A stretch of DNA of 64,000 nucleotides from the human T2T-CHM13v2.0 reference genome, Homo sapiens. Shown here one piece after another: positions 41,200 through 54,916 of the stretch. Location: NCBI RefSeq assembly GCF_009914755.1, contig NC_060928.1. One strand, written 5' to 3'. The stretch's first letter is position 1. Each line of letters begins with the position of its first letter. Below the pieces are notes generated by a model. That model did no database searches, was not told the DNA's origin, and worked only from the letters and a program-made list of their open reading frames with translations. The position numbers and the translations under genes are program-made.

Positions 41200-41755
41200 G
41201 GTAGTAGTTGGTTTAGAGAAATGGGATCATATTATATATTTCTCTATCTCTTACCTTTGTTACTTTACAGTATATTGTGAACATTTTTTAAATCATTGAT
41301 TATAGGTTAAAATTATGTAATTTCTGCATGTTATTGAATGGTATGGTTTTACCGCAACTTATTCAAATTTTTTACCCATTAATGGACATTCACTCTTTCA
41401 CCCCATTTTTTTCCCTCTGCCCTAAATACTGCATGAACCATTCCTATATACCAGTGCTTTATTTCCCTGGAATCAGTTCCCAGTAATGGGGATGTGATTT
41501 GAAGGGTATATGCATTTTAAATCTTAATAGGTATTGCCAGATTGCTTCCCCAAAAGGCTGAAACAATTTCCACCCCCTCCAGCAACGCATGGGTATATAC
41601 TTTCCCACATCTCCATCAGCAACAGGCGTAATCACTTTTAATTCCTACTAATACCATATGTTTAGTAATAATCTCAATACTACTTTAATTTTTCACTTTA
41701 TAGTCACTGAGTTTGTATGTATATGTATTTAGTATTTTTAGGCTATTTAAAAGTA
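41200..41755 (-). mobile_element. L1ME-like 3' fragment
   Basis: TTAATAGGTATTGCCAGATTGCTTCCCCAAAAGGCTGAAACAATTTCCAC. Confidence 0.7.
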
Positions 41756-41775
41756 GCATAAACATCCATGATGTT

Positions 41776-42103
41776 GGCCTGGCGCGGTGGCTCACGCCTA
41801 TAATCCCAGCACGTTGGGAGGCCGAGGCGGGCAAATCACAAGGTCAGGAGTTTGAGACCAGCCTGGCCAACATGGTGAAACCCCATCTCTACTAAAAATC
41901 CAAATTTAGCCAGGCTTAGTGGCGGGAGCCTGTAATCCCAGCTACTTGGAAGGCTGAGGCAGGAGAAGCGCTTGAATCCAGGAGGCGGACGTTGCAGTGA
42001 GCCGAGATCAAGCCACTGCACTCCAGCCCAGGGGACAGAGTGAGACTCTGTCTCAAAAATGAAAACAAACAACAAACAAAAAACAACAACACTAACAATA
42101 ACA
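41776..42103 (+). mobile_element. AluS (Sg-like)
   Basis: Full dimer; TSD AAACATCCATGATGTT (41760-41775) / AAACATCCATGACATT (42104-42119), consistent with reciprocal decay of one CpG. Confidence 0.94.
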
Positions 42104-45052
42104 AAACATCCATGACATTTTTAGTATTTTACTGATACATATTACACTATAAATTTGCTTGTAACAGGACACATGAACTGTTTGAGAAATAAAAATTCTA
42201 TGTACAACTTTTTTTTATGATACAAAATAACCATCTAACTTACCGTTTTAATTTCAGAAGCAACTTCAAAATTTAAGTAGCTGAATTAACTGGATGTTTT
42301 ATTATTGTTTAAACCCAGCAGATGACTAAAAAGTTGGTAAACTTCTACCACCAGACAAGAGTTTACCAAGCATTCCATTGTTTCACAGTAAACATATATC
42401 TAGTTTTGTAGTGTTTAAAAATACTTGGGTTACTTTTAATCTTAAATTTCTTGGTAGTTAAGTTAGATAAGGGTTGATTGCAAACTCTTCCAGATCTATA
42501 TGGGTCTATGCAGGGCAAATTGCCTGTTTCAGGAGGCTAAGGTTCTGGTACTGTAAGTTTGAAATGAGTGAATAGAGCTAAAGATTAAGAGAAATAATTT
42601 TATTATAAAATTTAGACTAATGGAATCAGTGTAAAGACATCACCTTTGATTAAGTCAAACATTAAAACAATTGATTATGTTAATATAATTGATTCTGTTA
42701 AACATTAAAACCAGTGTTCACGAGTGTAAAAGTCTTGGGTTAGGTGCTTGTCAGACCAGATAATTTTCCAGTAGAATTATTAATGTATGTATTACATATT
42801 TCTCCTATTTAAAATCTGAAATGTTACAAGACTTCCTTCTATGTCATCATGTTAATTTCAAAATATTACCACTTGGTATAGTTATGCCACTCTCAGCTTT
42901 AAAAATCTATTTAAATACCCCACTCATATTTTTATGTAGGTAGTATATGTTAATTTTGTGGTCACAATTGGAAACATTTTATTTAATATTTGAAAAGACA
43001 CAAACTTGCTTTAAATGCTCTTAGAAATTTGAAGTGTGTGATTACTGTAGCTGTATATAATTGACATACACATTATAGATGCCGAATTCAGATGCATGTA
43101 TTGGATTATAGTAGATAATTTCTCCCCTAGTGGCATGTTTCTGTTAAATCTTTAGGGGTCTATTGGCTGCTATATATAAAGTGTCTGAGGAGCACTAGGT
43201 GAATTTTTTTATGTAAAGATATACAAAATTGTAGCCACTTGTTTTTGTGTGATAGAGACAGAAACTGATATAAATGTGGTTGTCCTTGTGGCATTTTAAA
43301 CAAGCAAAAAGTTAAACTGTCTATAAAGAAACTGCATTTTATACGTTTTATTATTAAATCCACCACTGCTTTGCTGACTAATAAAATGGAAAATGTGTGC
43401 TTTTATGGGTTTATAAAAAGGTAAGCTATAGTTTCATGAAAAATATCTTGCACGGATTGAATACAGGTGGCTACTTGTTTAGACTTTGAAGATGTAAACG
43501 CTTAGTATGGATGTCTGAAAAAGGTAATCTGGCACAATAAAAAAAATCTTCCGTTCTTTGCTCATCAATCCTTTGGGTATTCCATGTCAAATAAATGCTA
43601 CAACAATTTATAGTAAAAGTACACAGTGGAAGTGCCAACGTTAACACTCCTTAGGACTGGATACCTGCCAGGGTTTTCACACCAATATTTAATGTGAACT
43701 AAAATGTCTTTTTCATTGGAAGTGTGAGAGGAGCTTGCTTTCCTATATTTGGCAACGTGCTTATGTGAAGTATAAAGTCAAATGCCCGTGATGTTCTCTT
43801 TATTTCAACCATGATAAATTGTGTTCATTTGTTTAAGTGCATGTGGCAGCTTTAGTGTTCAAACTATAAATTTTGGTTAACTTCTATTGACATGCTGTAT
43901 TAAACTTAAGAAAAACAAATTACACTTCACCCGTTTTAATTGACTAAATGTGTCAAAAACACAGTAAGTATAACATGAAAGGTCAGAGCCTTCATCTACA
44001 CTGTAATGGGTGTCATGGCAGGGATCCAGCTTTTCTTGTACATTTCATTTTTCATGAAGTTTTAGGACAAGGCATACGTTTAACATTCACTTCCACTTCT
44101 CATTTGGACTTCAAAGTTTATCACAGGCTGTGTTACTACCAAGAACACTTTTCTCTTGTGCTATTTAAAGTTCCCTTCCAACTGACGTGCATGCCCAGAG
44201 AATACTGATGTTCTCCTGTAAACAAGGCCTCGGGAATGGATTTTGGCATTCTGAGGAATGAAATGCTGATTTATAAGCACGCCCATAGATCACTGTAGCA
44301 CTCCTTGGAAAAGACCTGGTTTACATATCTAGTCCCCCCTTCCATGACTGAACCAGCAACCACGTGGCTAGGAGTTGGATTAAACTTGGCACACTGGATT
44401 CCTTTGGGATCTGATTAAAGTTACCAGTTTTAATTCTTGAGCTCTGTGTCCAATGGTTTATATAAATCTTTATGACTTCAGTAATTTATCAGCTTGACAC
44501 CTGATGATTAATATGATTAATTAAGCTCTCGCTCACCTGTTGCCACACACTTCTCTCTTTTTTCCCCAGTATTATCTTTTGGTATGTTATCTTTTGATCT
44601 CCTTTCTCAAAATTAGGTCCTTTTCAAGAGTTCAAACATTAGTTTCCAGTGTGAATTTATGTCTGGAAACACTCAAAAAAAAAAAAAGCAGGTGTTTGGA
44701 AAGTGCTATATTTTGTATTGGAGAAAACAGTGATTCTAACTCTAAAAGTTTATTCCATTTTCATTACTATATATAAGAATCTAATTTCTTAGTACACACT
44801 TTGCCAATAAGAAACCATAGTTTTACACCAGCATTGTTGGGGGATTATCAATATTTATTCTGCTCGATGAATTTAGGGGAGGGGAAGAATAACAGAGAGT
44901 CCTCCTTATCCAAGAAGTTCAGAGAGCTGCCTGATGGAGCCTAATCAGCAGTTTGGATTCTTCTTAAATAAAGGAAGAGACCATCCTGCCCTCCCCTGTA
45001 CCACACACTAATATCATGAAGATTCTCTAAGAGTGAACCTGGTTTTAAATTA

Positions 45053-45370
45053 CAGGTTGGCAAACTTTTTGTAAAGAGCCAGAAAATAAAACTTTTAGGT
45101 CTTGGAGGCCAGCTGGTCCCTGTCGTGACTACTCAACTCTGCCATTGACAGCACAGTCATCGACATTATGTAAACAGATGAGCATGGCTGAGTTCCAATA
45201 AATATTTAGGGACAATGAAATTTGAATATCATATAAATTTCATGTGTCATGAAATAGGCTTCTTTTGATTTTTCCCAGCCATTTAAAAATGTAGACACCA
45301 GTCTTAGCTTGGGGGCCGTATGGAAACACCAGGTTGGATTTGGCCAGAGGGCCCCACACTGCCAACTTCT
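45053..45370. mobile_element. MER58B-like hAT-Charlie MITE
   Basis: CAGGTTGGCAAACTTTTTGTAAAGAGCCAG...TGCCAACT inverted termini; ~320 bp. Confidence 0.8.
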
Positions 45371-45575
45371 TCTCTGGACTAATACAATATTAATTTCTAG
45401 GTTATTTCTTCGTTATTTCTAAATTCTAGTTATTTCTAAAGTCCAAGAAGTTTGGAGTAGGGATGCTTTCTTTCAGAGTAATGCCAGCATTCTCTTAAAT
45501 ACAAGCATAGTTTTTCTCCCTTCACTCATGGTTTGGTCAGATCATAAATGCATTGCCATTTGGAATCTAGTCGTA

Positions 45576-45990
45576 GGGGAATGAGGTGTAGCAAACACAG
45601 TTGCTGTCCTCCCCATACTGGCTTGGCACTCAGGTCCCCATGTGTATCCACTCTACTGCTTCCTGCAGCAGGCATGTGAGAATCTGCCTAAGGTTTCTCT
45701 GGCCATGGCATGCTTTTGGCTTGTGGGTAGGGCATGCTGGAAGTGCTGTGGCATTAAGGTCTCTTGGGAGTAGGTTTCAGTCAACAGCTGATAGAGTTGG
45801 AAGGTAAATATCCCTTGACTGGGGTATCTCTGAGGCATAGTCCGCATTGTCCCCCAAGTTCCTGAGTGAGAATGGAGCTCCACTTGCCCAAAGCTGTGAC
45901 CTGCCTTGTTTTCTGCTTCACTTCCCTCCTTCCGCACAGGTGCTTCCCAGGATCACCTCCGAAAGAAACCATTTGCTTCCTAGATTCTCA
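45576..45990 (+). mobile_element. LTR16-like ERVL solo LTR
   Basis: GAGGCATAGTCCGCATTGTCCCCCAAGTTCC...GAGCTCCACTTGCCCA...CCCAGGATCACCTCC. Confidence 0.6.
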
Positions 45991-46086
45991 AAAGATGATG
46001 AACTCTTATTCTTATTCTTAGTTCTTATTCTTAAATTCAAAAACAGTCTTTTGTAAATGATGAAGGTGGCTGGCGTGAGTTGTACA

Positions 46087-46396
<310 letters not shown>

Positions 46397-47315
46397 TGAC
46401 TTGTAAATTTTAAATTCTTGCTTTCTCTCGTATTTAGGCAGGGCTTGCCGACTCTCCTTTGTGGACAGTGGGGATTTTCTCTTTCCCTCTTCTTTTTTTC
46501 AACCCAAAGGCAGATTTCACAGATATTGTCAGCCATGGAGCATTCCAAGAGGTGGTGTGACATCTCCATCCTGGTCTCAGTGATTGTTGTGCCCTGCACA
46601 GCATGATGCATGGCATAAGAAAGTAGGTACAAGGGGATTTTCTGCATTTCCCACCTCTTTTCTTGTTCATCCTGTGAACAAGCCAAAGGATATCTTCATG
46701 ACAGTTCACTCTTCCATTGCAAAGTGTAAAATTTGAATGAATTAAACTGATATGGCCTCTTTGAAAACCACATCCTTGATGAATTTTACTCTGCACCTAG
46801 TCCACTGTGGATTTCCTTACTGGCCCTTGAACTCTGGCCTATCCATTCACTTTTCTTCCAAAGCACCTGTGTTTTATGGTGCTGGGATGAGTTATGCCAA
46901 AAAATAATTCTTTTATTTTTTGATCACCTTTAGAAAGTAGTTAAAAGTTTTTCCTTGATAACACTCTCTCCTCCATCCTCCTTTCATTAGCAGAAAGCAT
47001 GGATATGCTTTCCGAACATTACCTACTTCTAGGTAGTTTTTGAAAAAATACAGCCCCTTTGCTACTTATAGTGTAAGTGGAGAATAAATAGAAATAGCCA
47101 GAAGCTTTTTTAAGGTAAGATTTTCTTAAAGAAAGAGATACAAAGTAGATAGAAGCAAAGGAGTGACACTAGGATTCTTTTTATTGCAGCAAAGGGGTGG
47201 TGGTGGTGGTAAGGCATCTGAAAATGATAAACACAAAATTGATCAGATAGAAAAGCTATGACTACCTAAATTCAGACAAATTGAAAAAGAAGCAAATTTG
47301 CATATTACCCAAAAG

Positions 47316-47616
47316 TTTTTTTTTTTTTTTTCTTTTAAAGACCGGGTCTTTCTCTGTCACCCAGGCTGGAGTGCAGTGGTGCTATCATAGCTCACTGCAA
47401 CCTCGAATTTCTGAGCTCAAGAGATCTTCCAGCCTTAGCCTCCTGAGTAGTTGGAACTACAGGCATGCAGCACCAGGCTTGGCTAATTTTTTATCTGTTG
47501 AAAAGAGGATTCTCCTTCTGTTGCCCAGGCTGGTCTTTAGCTCCTGGGCTCAAGTGACCCCCTGCCTCTGCCTCCAAAAGTGCTGGGTTTACAGGAGTGA
47601 GCCCCTGAGCCCTGCC
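47316..47616 (-). mobile_element. AluJ
   Basis: Diverged dimer; TSD CCAAAAGTTT. Confidence 0.88.
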
Positions 47617-50529
47617 AAAAGTTTGTATTTTTAATAGAAGGTCCTACTACTATTACAGTTTGAATTGTTTGATTTCAAGGAATGCATATTTGAATAGATA
47701 ATTAATGCCACATTAACTCTCACTTCCCATGGATGTTAAATCAATGTTGACTTGGACCAAAGATACCTTAGATAGGCTGGCATGGAGAATGATGTGAAAG
47801 GCTAAGGTAAGAAGGAAGATCAAAGGTGGACTAGGAATTATCCCTTTACAGGCTATACTTACTTCAGAATGAAATAGATGTATTCATATAGGTGTAGGAC
47901 TTGAATTTGAACCTACACTGAGTTAATATGACCAGTTTTGTCCAGCAGTTGATTAAGATATCAAGGAAAGAAAAAAAACAGTTAAAAATCGTTGCATGTC
48001 AATGAAGAAATATGTATTAGATGAAATCCTCTGATTTAACATTATTACAAATATGAGTTTGGATAGATCACTGGATATTCTTAACTCATTTTATACGTAG
48101 GCCCTATCCTGGATGCTAACAGTACCACAGTGACTAGGATGAAGTCTCTGCATCTTAAGCAGCCTGTAGTCTAGTGAAATCATGAGCAGCGCCCAAAATG
48201 GAAAACCCATCAAGTGGCTTTTACTTTTCGATTGTTCTGGCCTTCAATTATAATGTGGAGAATTATGGTGTGGTCTTAGCTTTGCCTCTGGTCTTAGATT
48301 TTTGTTGACTTCATCTATTTATCCATTTATTCATCCACCCACTCAATATTTTTTGGTAGCCTACCATGTGCTAGATCCTGTACTGAGTGCTTCAGATATC
48401 CTCATGGAGCCTGCTATCTTGTCTTTCAAACAAACCAACACAGATTTAGGAACACATTAGTAATCCTTGCAGTCCAGGATTTGTTAAAGTTGAATTATGG
48501 GATTATTGAGTGTCAAAACCAACCATATATGGAAGTTAAATTATGGCAGATTACAGTGTTTGAGGACTGCTTGCTGACAACATATCACTACAGTTATATG
48601 AAAACAGGAGATAATATGAAGACAGAACATCTATACTATGTTTAAAGATTTAGTTGGCAAGTGTTGCTCTTAATAATACTCATGTATTCAAATTCAGCCC
48701 AATGAGTTTTTGTTTCCTCCTGGTCATTTGAATAATCCCTCAGATAAAGTCTTTTACATTATGGAAAGATGTCCGGTTCCACATGACCACTGCCTATCTC
48801 ACTCTATCATTTCTTGGGATTCTCAGCTGCACTTCATCATATATCATCACCTTTTAGCCTGTTCTGGTCACTCTATCTCACACTTCATCGCTTCTTGCAT
48901 TCTTTGTGAGCTCTCAACTCTGTCACGGAATCTATCTCTGTTGTACACGAACTCATTATTTCCAAACCAAATATACAGTAATTAGGCCTTATTGGTATCT
49001 AGCACAGTTCTTTTTAGTTGATTAAAACATGAACTATTCAGTTCACTATCAAAAAGGAATAATTTCTGTGATAAAATGTGGACAAGAAGGTATTGCTTGC
49101 TATTACATAGTTTCTAGGCTTTATTCCTCCTTATGTTGATCTGTAAACTTGAGTAGGCAACTTATTAGTAGGCACCTTTGTTACATTAAACTGAAAGGAA
49201 TAAAGATAAATGCTGACTGCCCTGTTGAGGTGTCACCATTATGAGTTGGTCATGTAGCTTTTGGTGATGTTAACTTAGGAATGTTATTACATTCAGTACA
49301 TTTCAAAGTAGTAAATATCATTTTTTTCATTGTCTTTACCCTAAACAGCGAAATCATTTCCTCTATTCTGATTGAAAAATCCAAGCTGAATGTTTGTGAA
49401 CTAATCTGGATTATCTAAAAGAAAATCTCCATGTGAGATTAAAAGTACTATTTTTATATGATTGTTTATTTTAGTAGATTTTTCTGAGTGAATTATTCTT
49501 TCAGGTTTTCTAATGCAAAGTTGTCAAAGTGTATTTTATTAAATAATGGAAATGGTCATAGCAAGTGTAATGTTGTTATTCACAATAATTATACTTTATG
49601 CATTTAGATTCTCACATTTTGCTACATGTAATTTCCCACCCTTTGCTAATATAATGATCTCAAATTACCCAGATAGATTTTCCATCACTCCGTGTCCACT
49701 AGAATCAGAGGCCAAACATTTAAAAATTCACCATCCCCACAAGGTTACTGCAGTCCTTTTTGCATGCCTTTGAGTTAAAATGTGATTTGACAGAGTTTAG
49801 GGGAGTCTGGCCAGGAATGTCAAGATATAATGTTAAAGATATGGTGATTTCTGATTATTTCATTTTACTAATTCTAGAAGTCGTGTTCATAGACATATGG
49901 TATATCTCATTGACATGACTAGCTCATTATTTAATTAGTCTTGGTGCAAAATGAATTTATACTATCAAAGGGGGAGAACATGCCTATAGAGGCACTTTTA
50001 TTATTATTTAGAATAGTATTTATTCCTTAGAACATTATTTTATCTTAAAAAATCTTAAAAAATAAAACTGCCACAAATTTAGGGTTACTAACCTCCTTGG
50101 ATGCCTCATCACTCTCTAGGTACTAAATCATGATATTAATCACATATGTTACAGCTAAGCAGGCAGGTGTGTGTGGTCAATTTTTAATTTTGTTTTTATT
50201 TTACTCTGGTCTGTGGAATTCTAGACTTTGTTTACTCAGAAGATGATAAGAAAACCCTGCTTTTGGAGTACTCCATAAACATTTACAAAAACAATGCTTT
50301 TTTTTCTTTAGTCAAAACAATGCATTTTATTTACCTTAATGACTGCCTGAAGTTGTAACTGGTTTGTACTTTGAAACACTTTGGTATTTTTTTTAACTTA
50401 GGGTATGTACATCAAAATACAAATAGATTGATGGGTCTTGACTGACTTTAGAAACTGGCCTTTTCAATTTAATTTCAGGAATCCAAGAAAACAAATGTTA
50501 AAATTTGCGGAATAAGAGGAAATGGTGTT

Positions 50530-50774
50530 ATAGACCAACGGAACAGAATGTGGAACTCATAAATAAGTCCACACACCTACAACGATCTGATCTTCGACAA
50601 ACCTGACAAAAACAAGCAATAAGGAAAGGATTCCCTATTCAATAAATGGTGCTGGGAGAACTGGCTAGCCATATGCAGAAGATTGAAACTGGACCCCTTC
50701 CTTATGCCACATACAAAAATTAACTTATGGTGGACTAATGACTTAAATGTAAAACCAAAATCTATAAAAACTTT
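50530..50774 (+). mobile_element. Isolated internal L1P ORF2 fragment (~245 bp)
   Basis: GATCTTCGACAAACCTGACAAAAACAAGC...AAATGGTGCTGGGAGAACTGGCTAGCC; no 3' UTR or poly(A). Confidence 0.9.
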
Positions 50775-50929
50775 GTAAGTAAGGGGTGGAGGAAGCAAGC
50801 TAGAAGGACGTTCTATAATCTCTTACTGCATGCAGACATAAAGCTTACCTTATGATTGGGTTCAGATGGCAAAGGAGGGATTACTAGAATGATGAATTTT
50901 AGAAGCCCCACAGCTGGTTTACAAAAGCA

Positions 50930-52250
50930 CCTACCTGCCAAATCATATAGACCATTTTAGGACATGTCAAGTAGTTTAGCTTTTATTCTGAATGCTATTG
51001 AAAGCCACTGATTTTAAGCAGCAAAAGGCAAGCCAGGATTTTAGAGAGAAATGTCTGATGATAGTAATGCAGAGTGAAATGGAGGGGGATGAAATTGGAG
51101 GCAGGAAGCCATTGCAGAAGTTAAGGTGGGAGAGGATGACTTCTTGGCTTTAGACATGGAAAAGAAGTGAGGGGTGGGCACGATAACAAGTCAAAGATGA
51201 CATCTGAAGTTCTTGTTGAGGAACTAGTTGGAAGTACCATTTGATGTCATTTTGCAAATGGGAATATAGAAGGAAATGGTATTAGTTTTTAAAAATTGTC
51301 TTGAAAAATTATACAAGCTCATTATAAAAATTAGATCAATACAGTAAGGTCATAAATGAAAGTTAAATATTATCTCAAATCTCAGAACTAAGAAATATTC
51401 CTTGTTAATTTCTGGTACACTTAATACCAGACATGTTTCTATGAAAAAATATACACATAGAAAGATAGATAAATTGCAGGATTTCCTCAACTTCAGATGA
51501 ATGGTTTTTTTTTGTGCTGTATGGAATAATAGTGCCTAAAAGCACCCTCTAAAGATAAGGGAAAAGATTATAGAATATTTCCAGAGGCATTTTGGTTTTG
51601 TAACTATATATTACATCTCTAATATTATCCTATGAATTTGAGTTGAGTTTTAACATTCAGAATTTGAGGTGCTTATGGGACGTTCATATGAAATTGTCCT
51701 TTAGTGAGGTGCATTTGTGGTCTTGGATTTAGAGTGAGATCAGAGCTGTAAATATTGATGCAGGCAATGTTATTGTACAGCTGGAAATTCAAACCCTGAA
51801 GAAGTAACACTGGATTCATATGCAGAATCATTGAGGCCTGAGATAGAAGAGCCTGTAGGGGAACTTAAGCATTTAGGGAATCAGTGAAATAGATGACCCC
51901 CTCATCCCCCAAAGTGTCTATTTAGGTAGAAGAAAACAAAGAAAGATTTGATGCTTTAAAATCCAGCATTGAAAAAAAAATGGAGAAAGTTGTCTGTAGT
52001 GTCAAATGTCACAGAACAATCAAGTAAGTTAAGGTGGATAATTACCCATTAGCTGTAACAATTTGGGAACAGCCTGAACAGCCATTTGGTCTCATTATGA
52101 ACAGTTTTGTAGAGCAGCAGAGACAGAAACAAATTATAGTGATTGAAGAATTAGGGGGTAAAGCCCACTCTTAAGAAACTTGGATGTGAATGTCAGAGAA
52201 AGCTAGGGAGATTGTTCTAGAGAGGAATAGAGTAGAGAATGGCTTGTTTT
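50930..52250 (-). mobile_element. L2 fragments
   Basis: Purine-rich L2-like motifs (TTTTATTCTGAATGCTATTGAAAGCCACTG; GAATTTGAGGTGCTTATGGGAC; GTGTCAAATGTCACAGA). Confidence 0.6.
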
Positions 52251-52578
52251 CTCACATGAGATGTTAGTTTTAAAAGATTATCTTGAAAAATTGTACAAGC
52301 TCGTTGCACAAGGCTCAATTGTACAAGCTCATTGTACAAGGCTCAAATATATTATACGCAGATTGTAAAATCTGAAACAGTGGAAGAGGCTGAAGTGTAG
52401 GAGAAAGAAGAGCTGGTCGGTGAAGCAGAGACCCTATGTAAGTGAGAGATGTGGGTTGCAGGACCACTTTGAGCAGGAGGCTGGATATCCCATTATCTGA
52501 GATTAAATGTGTGTAGGCATGCAGATATACTTTCCTATTTACATAAGAAGACAGGCCTTTAAGAATATCCTTCCTAAA

Positions 52579-54916
52579 TAATGTTTAGCTGTTTGTCTCT
52601 ACCCAAATCTCATCTTGAATTGTAATCCCATCAAGGGAGGGACCTGGAGGGAGGGAGGTGATTGGATCATGGAGGTAGCTTTCCCCATGCTGTTCTAATG
52701 ATAGTGAGGGAGTTTTCATGAGATTTAATGGTTTTAAAAGTGTTTGGCAGTTCCCTCCTCCAACCCCTTCTGCCACCTTGTGAAGAAGGTGCTAGCTTTC
52801 CCTGTGCCTTCTGATTTGAAGTTTCCACAGTTCCCCAGTAATGGGGAACTGTGAGTCAATTAAACCTCTTTTGTTTGTAAATTACACAGTTTCAGGTCAT
52901 TCTTTATAGCAGTGTAAAAATGGACTAATACAGAGAATTAGTACCAGGAGTGGGGCACTGTCATAAAGATAACCTGAAAATGTGGAAGTGACTTTGGAAA
53001 TGGGTAACAGGCAGAGGTTGAAATAGTTTGGAGGACTCAGAAGACAGGAAGATGTGGGAAAATTTGGAACTTCCTAGAGACTTGTTGAATGGTTTTACCA
53101 AAATGTTGATAGTGATATGGACAATGAAGTCCAGGTGGTCTCAGGTGGAGATAAGGAACATATTGGAAACTGGAGCAAAGGTCACTCTTGCTATGCTTTA
53201 GTGAAGAAACTGGTGGCATTTTGCCCATGCCCTAGAAACCTGCAGAACTCTGAACTCGAGAGAGGTAATTTAGGGTATCTGGCAGAAGAAATTTCTAAGC
53301 AGCAAAATATTCAAGATGTGACCTAGCTCATTCTGAAGGTTTTCAGTTATATGCATTCACAAAGAGATGATTTGAAATTGGAACTTATGTTTAAAAGGGA
53401 AGCAGAGCATAAAGGTTTGGAAAACTTGTAGCTTGATCATGTGGTGGAAAAGAGAAACCCATTTTCTGGGGAGAGATTCAAACCAGCTGCAGAAATTTTC
53501 ATAAATAACCAAGAGCCAAACGTTAATAGCCAAAACAATGGGAAAAATGTCTCCAGGGCATGTCAGAGATCTTCATGGCAGCCCCTCCCATCAAGGGCCA
53601 GAGGCCTAGGAGGGAAACACGGTTTCATGGGCCGGGCCCAGAGCCCCACTGCTCTGTGCAGCCCTGGGACTTGGTGCCCTGCATCCCAGCCACTCTAGCT
53701 CCAGACGTGGCTGAAAGGTGCCAAGGTACAGCTCAGGCTGTTGCTTCAGAGGGTGTAAGCCCCAACTCTTGGTGGCTTCCATGTGGTGTTGGGTCTGCAG
53801 ATGCACAGAAGACAAAACTTTAGCTTTGGGAGCCTCTGTTTAGATTTCAGAGGATGTATGAAAACACCTAGATTTCCAGGCAGAAGTCTGTTGCAGGGCA
53901 GAGCTCTCATGGAGAACATCTACTAAGGCAATGCAGAGGGGAAATTTAGGGTTGGAGCCTCCACACAGAGTTCCCACTGGGGCACTGCCTATTGGAGCTG
54001 TGAGTAGAGGGCCACTTCCCTCCAGACCCCAGAAAGATAGATTTGCTGACAGCTTGCCGCATGCTCCTGGAAAATCCATGGGTACTCATGGCAGCCTGTG
54101 AAGGAAGCTGCAGAAGCTGGACCCTGCAGAATCACTGGGGCAAAGCTGTCTGAGGCCTCAGGAGCCCTCCCCTTACATCGGCATGTCCTGGATGTGAGAC
54201 ATGGAGTCAAAGGACATTTTGCATCTTTAAAATTTAATGACTCTTCAGCCAGGTTTCGGACTTGCATGGGACCTGTGGCCCCTTTGCTTTGGCCAATTTC
54301 TCCCATTTGGATTGGAAACATTTACCTAATGCCTGTACCTTCATTGTGTCTTGGAAGTAACTAACTTGCTTTTGATTTTACAGGCTCGCAGGCAGAAGGG
54401 ATTTGCCTTGTCTCAGATGAGACTTTGGACTTTGATTTGTGAGTTAATGCTGGAATAAGTTAAAACTTAGAAGGACTGTTGGGAAGGCATGACTGGTTTT
54501 GAAATGTGAAAAGGACATGAGATTTGGGAGGCTCCAGGGTAGAATAATATGGTTTGGCTCTGTATCCCTCCCCAAAATCACATCTTGAATTGTAATCCCC
54601 ACATGTTAAGGGAGGGAACTGTTGGGAGGTGATTGGATCATGGAGTCAGTTTCCCATATGCTGTACTTGTGATAGTGAGGGAGTTTCATGAGATCTGATA
54701 GTTTTAAAGGTGTTTAGCAGTTCCCCTTCTCTCTCTCTCTCTCTCTCCTGCTGCCTTGTGAAGAAGGTGTTGCTTCCCATTTACTTTCCATCATGATTGT
54801 AAGTTTCCTGAGGCCTCCCCAGCCATGCAGAACTGTGAGTCAATTAAACTTCTTTTGTTTATAAATTATCCAGTCTCAGGTCGTTCTTTATAGCAGTGTG
54901 AAAATGAATGAATACA
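52579..54916 (+). mobile_element. Complete THE1D-like MaLR provirus (LTR 52579-52932, internal region, LTR 54545-54916)
   Basis: Two ~360-bp LTRs ending AATACA; ~1.6-kb non-coding internal region; purine tract before the 3' LTR; 5-bp TSD CTAAA at 52574-52578 and 54917-54921. Confidence 0.92.

Noticed and set aside
52289-52344. 28-bp repeats (and the 22-mers at 62819) as a CRISPR-like array
   Set aside because: The copies are head-to-tail with no spacers, there are no cas genes, and the context is mammalian
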